A stretch of DNA of 64,000 bases, taken from the NCBI GenBank assembly GCA_048941015.1, contig JBHLNZ010000002.1:32001-96000 (forward strand), given 5' to 3'. Both the position numbers and the translations under genes were made by a program. Within the stretch, counting starts at the first letter, position 1. Every line of letters begins with the position of its first letter. This document shows positions 20,526 through 29,941 of the stretch, one piece after another. This stretch comes from Promethearchaeota archaeon (lineage in GTDB: Archaea > Asgardarchaeota > Lokiarchaeia > Sigyniarchaeales > SOKP01). Below the pieces are notes generated by a model, which was given only the letters and a program-made list of their open reading frames with translations, was not told the DNA's origin and searched no databases.

Positions 20526-21560
20526 TTAATCAATTTTATCAAAATGATTTTTAAATTCTTTATACTCCTTTTCCTTTTTCTTTTTTCTTTTTCTAATTAT
20601 TTCTAGTGGATCTGATTCATTATCTTTCATTATTAGATATTTTTCTTGAAAAGATTCGGTGAATTGTGATTTAAATTTTTCAATTTTTTCTGTAACTTCA
20701 TCGCTAAGTTTTATATCTTCTGATTTTTTTGTGGATTTAGGCTTTTTTAGTGTTTGCCTTTTTCCTTTCCGTAATTTCCTTTCAAATTCTTTGTGGGATA
20801 ATTTTAAGTAATCTTCATATAATCCCTTTCTTTCTTCTTGTTCTTTTTTTAATTTTTCAAATTCTTCCATTTCTTTGATCTTTTTTAGAATTTCCTTCTT
20901 ATTTTTAATTTCTTCATGACTTGCTTGATTTTCAAGACTTTTTAAAAATTTCTCAAAAGTTAATTCGGGATTTCTATAAAATTTCTCTTTAAATTGATCC
21001 TTTAGTAAAGGATCGATATTATTTGGTAAATTCCTTAATTGGATTTCAAGTTTCTTTTGAAGAATTTTATTATAAAAAGCATTTAGTTTCATAATGATAC
21101 TAGAAAAAATTGTGTTTTGTTTTAAAGAATCAAATAATTCAACCCATTTAACTAAATCAATTGCTAAGGTATAAGATGTCTTATCCAATATTTTAGATAT
21201 TTTTTTATTTTCTATGAAAAAAAGACCTATTAGGTGAGTATCTCCTTTTTGTAATTTCAAACTTTTTAATTTATCTTTATAGCTCTCCTTATATCTTTTT
21301 ATTAAACTATTTCTAAAATCTAAGAAACTCTTAATATTTTCATTAGTAATTTCAGTGAGATTATTATTAATTTTGTTTAAAGTTTTAAACATATTTTCTA
21401 ATTCAAGTGAATTCTGAGTATCTGGAAAAGTCAGATTTAATTTTGAGTTCTTTAATTTTTCTGATATTTCGTTTAATTGATTGATTTTTCCTTGAAGATC
21501 ATCTATAGATGAGGTTAGTTCTTTAATTTTTTCTAGATTAAATGATTGAGTCTTTTTCAT
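20526..21560 (-). CDS. Hypothetical K/E-rich coiled-coil protein
   Basis: 344-aa ORF in the operon; heptad-rich and highly charged. Confidence 0.65.
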   Translation of the reverse strand: MKKTQSFNLEKIKELTSSIDDLQGKINQLNEISEKLKNSKLNLTFPDTQNSLELENMFKTLNKINNNLTEITNENIKSFLDFRNSLIKRYKESYKDKLKSLKLQKGDTHLIGLFFIENKKISKILDKTSYTLAIDLVKWVELFDSLKQNTIFSSIIMKLNAFYNKILQKKLEIQLRNLPNNIDPLLKDQFKEKFYRNPELTFEKFLKSLENQASHEEIKNKKEILKKIKEMEEFEKLKKEQEERKGLYEDYLKLSHKEFERKLRKGKRQTLKKPKSTKKSEDIKLSDEVTEKIEKFKSQFTESFQEKYLIMKDNESDPLEIIRKRKKKKEKEYKEFKNHFDKID

Positions 21561-21581
21561 TGTTAAATTGTAATAATATTT

Positions 21582-22700
21582 TTATAATTCTCGTGGTCCT
21601 GATAAACTTTTTCTATTATTAGGCAATGGAATATTTCTTTCAATTCTTTTTCTAGAATCACTTAAAATATCTTGTCTTTCTACGTGAATAGCAGTTCCTC
21701 CAACTAATTTCAGTGAATTATAAAATAGATCGTAAGTTAAACGCTCAGTATTAATAGCTTTTAAGATTGCGACTCTAGTTCCTCTTTCTATATCTGATCC
21801 TGAATATCCGTATGTTAACTCTAATAGTCCTTCCATTTTAAATTTCTTATTAAATTCGTTCCATAATAAATTATTATCAAATTCAGAGACTTTATGCCCT
21901 ATTTTCTTTTCTAATGAACTTCTAATTTCATCAATTTTCTGATGCTCGTTATTTAAGTTATTGAATATTGAATTATCAACTCCAATTTTAGCACTTTTAA
22001 CTTTATTAAGGAATACCTCAATAATTTGTTTTCTTAAATTATAATCAGGAAATTCAAAACTTAAATGAAATGTAAATCTTCTCCAGATTGCTGAATCAAG
22101 TTGATGCTGATGGTTAGTTGCCCCAAAAATAGCCAATGGAACCCCTTCATAATTAATTCTATCAATTACTTGTAGAAAAGAGATGACAGCACGTTTTATT
22201 TCTCCTACCTCATGAATATTTGATCTTTCAGAACCAATAGCATCAATCTCATCGAAAAATAATATAAAAGAGCCTCTTTCTTTTGCTATTTCTGCTGATA
22301 AATCTACAACACGTCTAATTTGTTTGATTGTATCTCCTAACAATGGCGATACAAGGCGATCAGTTTCTACAACACAGATAGGAATATTATATTTCTTAGC
22401 AAAACCTCTTGTTAGTGAGGTTTTTCCTGTACCTGGTGGACCATATAAAAGAACAGTTAAACTTGGGTTAAGTTTTGCTCCTTTTAATTGTTCCATAAAA
22501 TCATCATATTTTTTTAAAGCCGTAAAGAAATCATCAAGAATCTCTTTTTTAACTTCATTACCTAAGATATCATCAACAGTTTCTCTAATTTCATTTGGAA
22601 AATAAACAGCTCCAAATTTCCCCATCCGGTCTTTTATTACGTCATCTGTATAGGTGGTTTTTACTTCAACTTCTTTTTTTGAATTACTAATTTTTCTCAA
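21582..22700 (-). CDS. AAA+ ATPase (single module)
   Basis: Walker A GPPGTGKT, Walker B FFDEID, sensor/SRH GATNH..LDSAIWRRF. Confidence 0.9.
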   Translation of the reverse strand: MRKISNSKKEVEVKTTYTDDVIKDRMGKFGAVYFPNEIRETVDDILGNEVKKEILDDFFTALKKYDDFMEQLKGAKLNPSLTVLLYGPPGTGKTSLTRGFAKKYNIPICVVETDRLVSPLLGDTIKQIRRVVDLSAEIAKERGSFILFFDEIDAIGSERSNIHEVGEIKRAVISFLQVIDRINYEGVPLAIFGATNHQHQLDSAIWRRFTFHLSFEFPDYNLRKQIIEVFLNKVKSAKIGVDNSIFNNLNNEHQKIDEIRSSLEKKIGHKVSEFDNNLLWNEFNKKFKMEGLLELTYGYSGSDIERGTRVAILKAINTERLTYDLFYNSLKLVGGTAIHVERQDILSDSRKRIERNIPLPNNRKSLSGPREL

Positions 22701-22715
22701 CTCTTTTTTAGTGAT

Positions 22716-24023
22716 TTATTTATTTTTCCTTTCTTTATCAAATTTTTCACAAAATTCTGCTATCTCAATAATAAAATCCTTAAGGTTATCAATTTGTGAA
22801 CCTATAAAATTAAAAATTTCTTTTCTATACTGAGGCGAATCTCTTATTTTCATTTTATTTAATCCTAAATAATTTGGGAAACAAATAAGCTTCATTAAAT
22901 AAGGGAGGATTTTCTCGTTTGTTTGTAAATCTTTGAAAATAGAATAAAAAATATTTTCATCAGATAATTTCCACTTTAAAATTCCCATATAAATTAAAAA
23001 AGAGAAATTCATTGAAATCCAATTGATTAATTCTTTTGATAAAAAACCTCTTCTCTGAGCAGCAAATGCTAAATAATATAAGATCAAAGTTTCATTACTA
23101 AATTGAGGTAATAATCTTATAGTTCCATCTGATTGTTTACTCTCACGTAAAAAGTTGGATTTCAGAAGCAAATCTACGAAATCTTCTTTAGGTGCTAAGA
23201 AAATATTGTCAATAACTCGTAAACCTATTCTTTCAGAAAGAGACGTAATTGCTTCTTCTTCTGCGTTAGCAATAGAATCAATAAAAGGTGCAAAGACTTC
23301 ATTTTTTAATATCATGGGGATTTCATAGTTCTCTTTTTCAGGAAAATCTCCAAAGTTAGGATCTAAATTGAATAAAGATGTAATATTATTTATTACTTGA
23401 TAAACTTTGGGCGTCATTCCGGGAATTTCAAAGAAGTCAGAACTTTCAATTTTTTCTCGGTAATAAGTATGAGGTTGTAAAATATGTCTTTGACATTCGT
23501 AAAAATTTGTTGAATAGCTTAATAATTTTTGATAAACTAAGTTTAGATTTTGTGCTCGTGGAAACAATTTATCTTCAATATATTTAACTAAAATATATAA
23601 ATATGTGTTCTTTAAATCTGTTTCATCAGGATTAGTTATTCTACGTAATATATTTAAAGCTTCGACTGATTCAAAGAGAAAGTCAATAATGTAATCTTTT
23701 ATATCTATTATTGGGATTTCTTCACGATATTTAACAATAAAATCCTTAATAATCTCGTACACGTTAGATCTATACATCGCAGAAAATTCAGATAAAGCTC
23801 TAACCTTTCTAATATTCCTTTTTTCTTCTTCTTGGCGTATTTTATCTAATACTTCAGTGTCAAGGAGAAGATCAGCATCTAAATCACTTATAATTCTTCT
23901 TGTTTCTCTAAGTATAGGTCGCATATGGCTTATAAAAGTAAGATATCTCGGAAGTATATCAGTCCATTTCTCTCTTTTTCTGCTTGGTTTTACTGTTCTC
24001 GAAGATTTTTTCTTATAACTCAT
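22716..24023 (-). CDS. Hypothetical protein (435 aa, largely helical)
   Basis: Long ORF with SD-like AAGGTGA upstream; part of a tightly spaced operon. Confidence 0.7.
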   Translation of the reverse strand: MSYKKKSSRTVKPSRKREKWTDILPRYLTFISHMRPILRETRRIISDLDADLLLDTEVLDKIRQEEEKRNIRKVRALSEFSAMYRSNVYEIIKDFIVKYREEIPIIDIKDYIIDFLFESVEALNILRRITNPDETDLKNTYLYILVKYIEDKLFPRAQNLNLVYQKLLSYSTNFYECQRHILQPHTYYREKIESSDFFEIPGMTPKVYQVINNITSLFNLDPNFGDFPEKENYEIPMILKNEVFAPFIDSIANAEEEAITSLSERIGLRVIDNIFLAPKEDFVDLLLKSNFLRESKQSDGTIRLLPQFSNETLILYYLAFAAQRRGFLSKELINWISMNFSFLIYMGILKWKLSDENIFYSIFKDLQTNEKILPYLMKLICFPNYLGLNKMKIRDSPQYRKEIFNFIGSQIDNLKDFIIEIAEFCEKFDKERKNK

Positions 24024-24048
24024 TAAATTATCACCTTTTTAAAACTTA

Positions 24049-25185
24049 TTATTCTTCATAACCAACTAAAACTTCAGCAAAAATATTTGCAATTTCAATA
24101 AAAATTGGGATTTCTACTCTGCAGAGATTTCCTAGAATCCACTTGTTGACATCTTTTAATAAAAAGCGGATTTGATTATGTATTTTTTTATTAACTTCTG
24201 AATCAATTATTTTTGTTAACCATAATCCCCCTCCTAGTCTATATGCAATTATTTTAATTAATGGTTCAAATAGTGGTTCTAATACTTCTCTCATCATCCA
24301 AGATTTAGGGATTATACTCATTTTTTGTTGATCGAAACTAGGATCATTAAGAATTGGGTTAGTTTCATCGACTGTAACTTTAGGCATAAAACTAAGTAAT
24401 AAAATTAATGCAAATATTGCTGAAATCCCATTAACCGTATAAGTGCCCCCAATTTTTTCAAGATCATCCCGATTGACTGCGATGTTAGATAGAAACATAC
24501 AAATAAAGATATTTCTATCAAATTCTTCAGAAACATATGCATATCCTAATTGTTCATCAATAATAAGATATTTTTCTTCAAGGATTTTTATAATCTCATC
24601 TGGAAATGTATAAAAAGTATAAATTCTTTTCTCACTTTTTCTTACATCCTTTTCAATAATCAATTCCTTAGAAATAAGACCAAACATGTCTATTAAATCT
24701 TCTAATTGTTTTTTTACATAATGCTTAGGTTTATTAGGATCGCCAAACATCGCAAAAAATTGATGGTCTACAATATGAAAGTCGTTCCTTTTACTAAATG
24801 CCTCAACCATTCTATCTATTATTGGCCCTTGGCTACCAGAAGCAATAGCTTTAGCTTTCGAGGTGACAAATCCATTTAATAATTCATTTATAATAAAATC
24901 TTGTTCATGAGTTCTTGATTTTAAGATTTGGGTAAAATTTTTTGCAAAGTCTTTAATTGTAGGAAAGAAGGAATTTTGAATTTTATCATCGATCGATTTT
25001 ACAAAGAGCTCTCCATTATTTTTTGGAAAATGAAGTTTTATATTATTTAGCCTTTGTATTAAAGCTTCTTTAGCTCCAGGTATATTATCTATATCTCTAT
25101 TTTCAATTTGTTCAATTGCTTTATTCAATCCAATTTCAAAATCCTTTAATAATTCTTTCCAGGTTTTGTCGCTAACTTCTGTCAT
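24049..25185 (-). CDS. Hypothetical protein (378 aa)
   Basis: Long ORF in the operon; possible internal winged helix. Confidence 0.7.
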   Translation of the reverse strand: MTEVSDKTWKELLKDFEIGLNKAIEQIENRDIDNIPGAKEALIQRLNNIKLHFPKNNGELFVKSIDDKIQNSFFPTIKDFAKNFTQILKSRTHEQDFIINELLNGFVTSKAKAIASGSQGPIIDRMVEAFSKRNDFHIVDHQFFAMFGDPNKPKHYVKKQLEDLIDMFGLISKELIIEKDVRKSEKRIYTFYTFPDEIIKILEEKYLIIDEQLGYAYVSEEFDRNIFICMFLSNIAVNRDDLEKIGGTYTVNGISAIFALILLLSFMPKVTVDETNPILNDPSFDQQKMSIIPKSWMMREVLEPLFEPLIKIIAYRLGGGLWLTKIIDSEVNKKIHNQIRFLLKDVNKWILGNLCRVEIPIFIEIANIFAEVLVGYEE

Positions 25186-25225
25186 AAATTCTCAATCTTC
25201 TTAGCCTATAATAATTAATATCCTA

Positions 25226-26179
25226 TCAATTTAATTCTAACTTTACTTTATTTAATGCGTTTATTAACGGTTTTAGAATTTTTTTATCATAGATATTTGG
25301 AGAAGATACTCCCTTTTGGGCTTTCCATCCCATTTGTGTACCCTCACCCATCTCTCTTTGACCATATTTCAGTATTTTACTGAGATCTCGAATCCACCAA
25401 TAAAACCTTAACCATCTTTTATTAGGATTATCTTTTGAATATATAACTACGACCGCTTTCCACTCTCCCATTAACCATTTAATTGTAATCCCACTTACAG
25501 GCAAGTAATAATTGATTGGAAAGTTACTATGAAAACGTAAATCAAGATCTTCGGCAGAGATATTAAATATTGGTTGATTATATCCTTCTAAAATAACTAT
25601 CTCTCCACAATGAGGACACTCATAGTGTGATTTCATCTTATCCATCTTTTTTTGACATTTTGGGCAAGTTTTATTCTCTATTATTCTATATTTAAAAAGA
25701 TCTATATTTTTTTCTTTTTCTTGTTCCTCTTTAGTTTTTGCTTGCTGCTTTCCATACTTTCCCTTCCAATTCCAAATTTCATCAAAAGAGATCTCAATTT
25801 GTTCCAATGCTCTTATTAAATTTTCAAGAACGTGCTTATCATATATTTTAAGCATTCCAGCATGTTGATAACTTTTCCACCAAGAAAGTCTTACATATTT
25901 TTCATCTTTTAAGAAGGGGCTATGGCATATTAAAACAGCTAATAAACGATTTTCTGTTTTGCTTATTGTAATCCCTTTCTCACATACTTCATATTCTTTA
26001 TTGAGGCTGACGTTATTATGAAAATATTCTCCATCTTGAAAATCCCCTTCTTCAACTTCATCCTTTTCTTTTCTTTTTGAAATTTCATCTTTTTCTTTAA
26101 TAATTTTTCTACATTGAGGACATTGAAAAATACCTGCTACTAATGGTTCCATATCAATATTACATAAAGGACATTTCAC
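25226..26179 (-). CDS. Protein with two tandem [Zn-ribbon + PC4/YdbC-like] repeats
   Basis: CPLC..CPQC and CPKC..CPHC, each followed by GITI...R.[SY]WW...IYDK..L..LI.AL. Confidence 0.65.
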   Translation of the reverse strand: MKCPLCNIDMEPLVAGIFQCPQCRKIIKEKDEISKRKEKDEVEEGDFQDGEYFHNNVSLNKEYEVCEKGITISKTENRLLAVLICHSPFLKDEKYVRLSWWKSYQHAGMLKIYDKHVLENLIRALEQIEISFDEIWNWKGKYGKQQAKTKEEQEKEKNIDLFKYRIIENKTCPKCQKKMDKMKSHYECPHCGEIVILEGYNQPIFNISAEDLDLRFHSNFPINYYLPVSGITIKWLMGEWKAVVVIYSKDNPNKRWLRFYWWIRDLSKILKYGQREMGEGTQMGWKAQKGVSSPNIYDKKILKPLINALNKVKLELN

Positions 26180-27294
26180 TCTGAATCATCACTACTGGTA
26201 ATAAGTAATCTTTCATAATCGAGATTTAAAAGTTTTAATTCTTTTCTATTAAATTTCGAAATTTTTTCATTTAATTCTATAACATTACTCCTTAATTCAA
26301 TAAGAGAGTCTTGAATATTATTTATGATGTTGTCTTCATTAAATGAGACTTTTTCAATAAATTTAAGATAATTATATTTTTTTTCTTTTCCAGAATAAAA
26401 TCTTTTGATACCTAATAATTTAGTTTCAATATTCTCTGATTTAAATCTAAAATCTAAAAGTGATAATAATTTTGAATACCAATGCTTAAAGATTTTATTA
26501 TTCTTATCAATTTTTTCAAAATTAAATTTCTCTGGAAGCTCTACTTTTTCATCCTTTAGAGATTTAATAATATCTTTTTGTTCCTTTATTGCTCTAATTA
26601 TTTTTTTTATAATGGGCAGATTATTTAATATTGGATCAAAAATTTCAATAAACTTAGCAATCTTGTCTTGAATTTCCTTAAATCTTTGATAAAATCCTTC
26701 AATAGTAATTTCAATTTTTATCGTTTGATAAACATTACCAAATTGATCAAGGATGATGTAAAGATCATCTGATAAAGTATAATCATGTTCTCCAATTTCA
26801 GAAATAAGATGATGTATTACATTAGATCTTTCACATCTAACATCTTTTAGCTTTGGTAACGCTAAATTGAAATTTCTGCGTGTTAAATTTTTAAATTTTT
26901 TGTTAATTATTAAAAATAAGGTATCAGCAGGTACAGAAATTATGTCATTTTCAATGGTGATCGTTTCTTCTCCTAATTTAACAATAAAATCTTCATCTTT
27001 TTGCTCAAATTCTCTAACACTTCTAATATTTTTGAATAAACCCAAATCAATTGTGATTTCAATAAATTCTTGATTCCAAAAGTTCAAAATATTAGTTTTA
27101 TATATTTCATCTAATTCTAAAATCTTCTCGTAGGCTTCTATTATTTTTTTATTAGTTAAATTTTTGAATAAGTCGTTTCTTATAACATATAAAAATAAAA
27201 CGATATATCTCATATCAATATCATCGAGAATTTTCTCGATTAAGTCTTTATCATATTCCATTACTAAATTCTTATGTTCCAAACCTAAAATCAA
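26176..27294 (-). CDS. Hypothetical protein (possible wHTH + coiled coil), first gene of the operon
   Basis: 372-aa ORF; 4-bp overlap with the next gene. Confidence 0.65.
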   Translation of the reverse strand: MILGLEHKNLVMEYDKDLIEKILDDIDMRYIVLFLYVIRNDLFKNLTNKKIIEAYEKILELDEIYKTNILNFWNQEFIEITIDLGLFKNIRSVREFEQKDEDFIVKLGEETITIENDIISVPADTLFLIINKKFKNLTRRNFNLALPKLKDVRCERSNVIHHLISEIGEHDYTLSDDLYIILDQFGNVYQTIKIEITIEGFYQRFKEIQDKIAKFIEIFDPILNNLPIIKKIIRAIKEQKDIIKSLKDEKVELPEKFNFEKIDKNNKIFKHWYSKLLSLLDFRFKSENIETKLLGIKRFYSGKEKKYNYLKFIEKVSFNEDNIINNIQDSLIELRSNVIELNEKISKFNRKELKLLNLDYERLLITSSDDSE

Positions 27295-27472
27295 CTTGTT
27301 AAGTAATAATTGATTCAGCTAAAAAGAGTAATTAAAGAAATTAAGCATTCCTAAAAAATCTTTCGATTTCCTTGAATCTACAACAGAAAAAAGCGAAAAT
27401 TTTTTAGATTTGATTTCCTTTTACTTCTTGAATTAGAAATTTAAATTATCTATTTTAAAAAGTTGAATATCA

Positions 27473-28054
27473 ATGGGAAGAAGAAAAAGAAAACAGCAGA
27501 CTTATAAACGCGTAAAAAAAGTTCCTAAGATTTTCACTTGCCCAAACTGTGGGGAAAAGTCAGTAAAAGTGGAAAATATAAGGAAATCAGCAATTGCTAC
27601 TGTTAAATGTGGGCATTGCGGTTTAACTAAAGATGTATTGGTTAACTCTATTTCAGAACCAGTGGATGCTTTCGGTGATTTTATTGATATCTATTATGCT
27701 GATCAAGAAATTCAGAGACTAGAAAGACGTATTGCTAAATTAAAAAAGGATAACCAATGGGGGGAGCTTGCTCTTTCCTATTCAATTTTAGCAGATTTAT
27801 GTAAAGCAAAAGCTGCTGAGTTATTAGAAGATTCTGAAAATGTTGATGAAGATGAAGTATTAAGATGGAGATCAAAAGCTGAACAGTATAAGAAGCTAGA
27901 AAAGGAAGCATTACTACAACTAGAAACTCTTGAATTAGAAAAAGGTATTAAAACTGATGAAGAGTCATTATTTTCTGAACATGATGAAAGTGATATAAAA
28001 AAAGAACGAAAAATAAATGATATCTTTGATGATCCAGGATTTTTAGAATGGTAA
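27473..28054 (+). CDS. elf1: Transcription elongation factor Elf1 with long C-terminal extension
   Basis: MGRRKRK...FTCPNC...CGHC...EPVDAFGDFID is the Elf1 signature; about 115 extra helical/acidic residues follow. Confidence 0.85.
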   Translation: MGRRKRKQQTYKRVKKVPKIFTCPNCGEKSVKVENIRKSAIATVKCGHCGLTKDVLVNSISEPVDAFGDFIDIYYADQEIQRLERRIAKLKKDNQWGELALSYSILADLCKAKAAELLEDSENVDEDEVLRWRSKAEQYKKLEKEALLQLETLELEKGIKTDEESLFSEHDESDIKKERKINDIFDDPGFLEW

Positions 28055-29779
28055 ATTAGGTTTTAAAATTCTAATTTTTACTTTTGCAGGGATATATTTC
28101 CAAATAGGTAATTTTACAACAAACTGAAAAAATCGATTCATACTTAATTTATTTTTTAATATAAAATAGCTCCAATTACGAAAAGCTAAGTTATTAAAAA
28201 GGTGCATCAAGTTTACTCCAAAGATATTGTATCTAGAAGCAAGAAAACTTGCAAAGTATGCTCCAAATCTTTTAGTTTGAGGAATTGATTCTGGATATAC
28301 AGATTCTGAGAGAGCTCTATTAAATATTTCATAAATCGAGAATATCGGAATTAGATTATTCAGATTTTCTTCTACTTTTCTACTGTAATTTGGATTATCT
28401 AAAGATAAATTAGATAACTCATTTAATTTATATATAGCAAATTTGTAGTGTTTTTCTTTAAAGGAAAACCACATTTCTTCCATAGTAACTCTTAGATTTT
28501 TTAATATATTAAGTAGTTTTTTTTCATCAAAAGTAAAATGATATTTTTTTTCATAATATTTAATATATAATAGGAATATTGAATCAGGTATTTGTTTTTC
28601 AAAGTGATTAGTGTTATACCATTCTGAGAAGAAATCAATATCGTATTCTGTGGGAGTGTGAATTGTATGGGTATTTAAGGGAGTATTCCATATTAATTCA
28701 AGTAATTTTTCCATAAGTTTGATGGTATTAGTAAATTTCTCAATTATAGAATAATTTTGCTGCTTTTTAGGATTTCGAACTGATTTAGCTTTCGAGCGTT
28801 TAAATCGAATCTTAATTTTTTCGGTTATTTTTAATTGTTTAATAAATTCTTTCTTTTTTTTTTTATAGAGAATGATCTTTTTAATTAATAATTGTTTAAG
28901 CTTCATCAATTCTTTAATGTAAGAATAAAAGTCCACATTATATTTATTTAAAATTTCATGATAGCTAATTAATGGAATTTCAATATAAGGTCTATGTATT
29001 TTTGAATCAATTTTCATAGCATGATCTCCAATAGAATAGGAGAAAATAATCTTGTGAAGAACTTCTTTTAAATTCATGAAATTTCCCAATTTTTTTGGAT
29101 CATTCGTAAAATACCCATGCAAAAGGGTATCAATTCCCTTAAACACATTATTCTCATATTCAGAGATAATTACAGATTCAAACTCTCCTGGATGATGTCT
29201 TTTGATTTTAAATCTTTTTCCTACTAAAAAAATTGCTTGATTTGCTCTGTGGCAAACAGTGTGGCTCCATTTTAATATAGGTTCAAGAATCTTACCATAA
29301 GTGAGGTTATAACCATAAAATTCTGGTCCAAAATATATTGGAAATCCAAATCCACGAGAAGTAGAAAATGTAAACTGAAAAATGTTTCTTGTTTTCTCTC
29401 CTTTTAAAAATCCGGGAAATTTATAGTGTAAAGCAAATCGTGGGTATAATGCATCAAGCCCTAAATTCATCCATGCTTCAAATAGAAGTATGCTATCAGG
29501 GAATTTAAAGGAGTCTATTTTGCTTAATAAATTGTCACTTAAAGTATTTAATAAAGTGGGGATAGATTGAAGCCAGTTTTTTTCTATCTCAAACTTTTTT
29601 GCTCCTTTATTGAATTTTTTTAATAAAAGTGTCGTAATTTGATTTTGCAAACTAGCTTTTTTAAAATAATAATTATTTAAAACTCTAATAAAAGATGTTA
29701 TTTCTAATATTTGACGTTGAAGATCGTGAGTAACTCTGACATATAATGCTTGTTCAGAAAGATTTGAATTATGTAGCAA
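28043..29779 (-). CDS. Hypothetical protein (578 aa)
   Basis: Long ORF, no recognised motif. Confidence 0.6.
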   Translation of the reverse strand: MLHNSNLSEQALYVRVTHDLQRQILEITSFIRVLNNYYFKKASLQNQITTLLLKKFNKGAKKFEIEKNWLQSIPTLLNTLSDNLLSKIDSFKFPDSILLFEAWMNLGLDALYPRFALHYKFPGFLKGEKTRNIFQFTFSTSRGFGFPIYFGPEFYGYNLTYGKILEPILKWSHTVCHRANQAIFLVGKRFKIKRHHPGEFESVIISEYENNVFKGIDTLLHGYFTNDPKKLGNFMNLKEVLHKIIFSYSIGDHAMKIDSKIHRPYIEIPLISYHEILNKYNVDFYSYIKELMKLKQLLIKKIILYKKKKKEFIKQLKITEKIKIRFKRSKAKSVRNPKKQQNYSIIEKFTNTIKLMEKLLELIWNTPLNTHTIHTPTEYDIDFFSEWYNTNHFEKQIPDSIFLLYIKYYEKKYHFTFDEKKLLNILKNLRVTMEEMWFSFKEKHYKFAIYKLNELSNLSLDNPNYSRKVEENLNNLIPIFSIYEIFNRALSESVYPESIPQTKRFGAYFASFLASRYNIFGVNLMHLFNNLAFRNWSYFILKNKLSMNRFFQFVVKLPIWKYIPAKVKIRILKPNLPF

Positions 29780-29941
29780 TTATTTAAACCGATAAATAAA
29801 ATTATCCTTATAATTGTATATCTTTTTTTTTTTAAAATTTTAATCTAAAAATATTATAAGCTTGAATCGAGAAGCTTTTTCTTTTTGAAATATAAGAAGA
29901 TGTAAGAAGCTCAAAATTTCAAAAACTTCAAAATTATTGGA

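Noticed and set aside
21582-22700. Vps4/CdvC (ESCRT) assignment
   Set aside because: No MIT domain, motifs differ, and no ESCRT-III genes were recognised nearby
28010-28054. Elf1 acidic-Trp tail as the Arp2/3-binding 'A' motif completing a split VCA
   Set aside because: Too short and generic, and attached to a transcription factor; no supporting evidence
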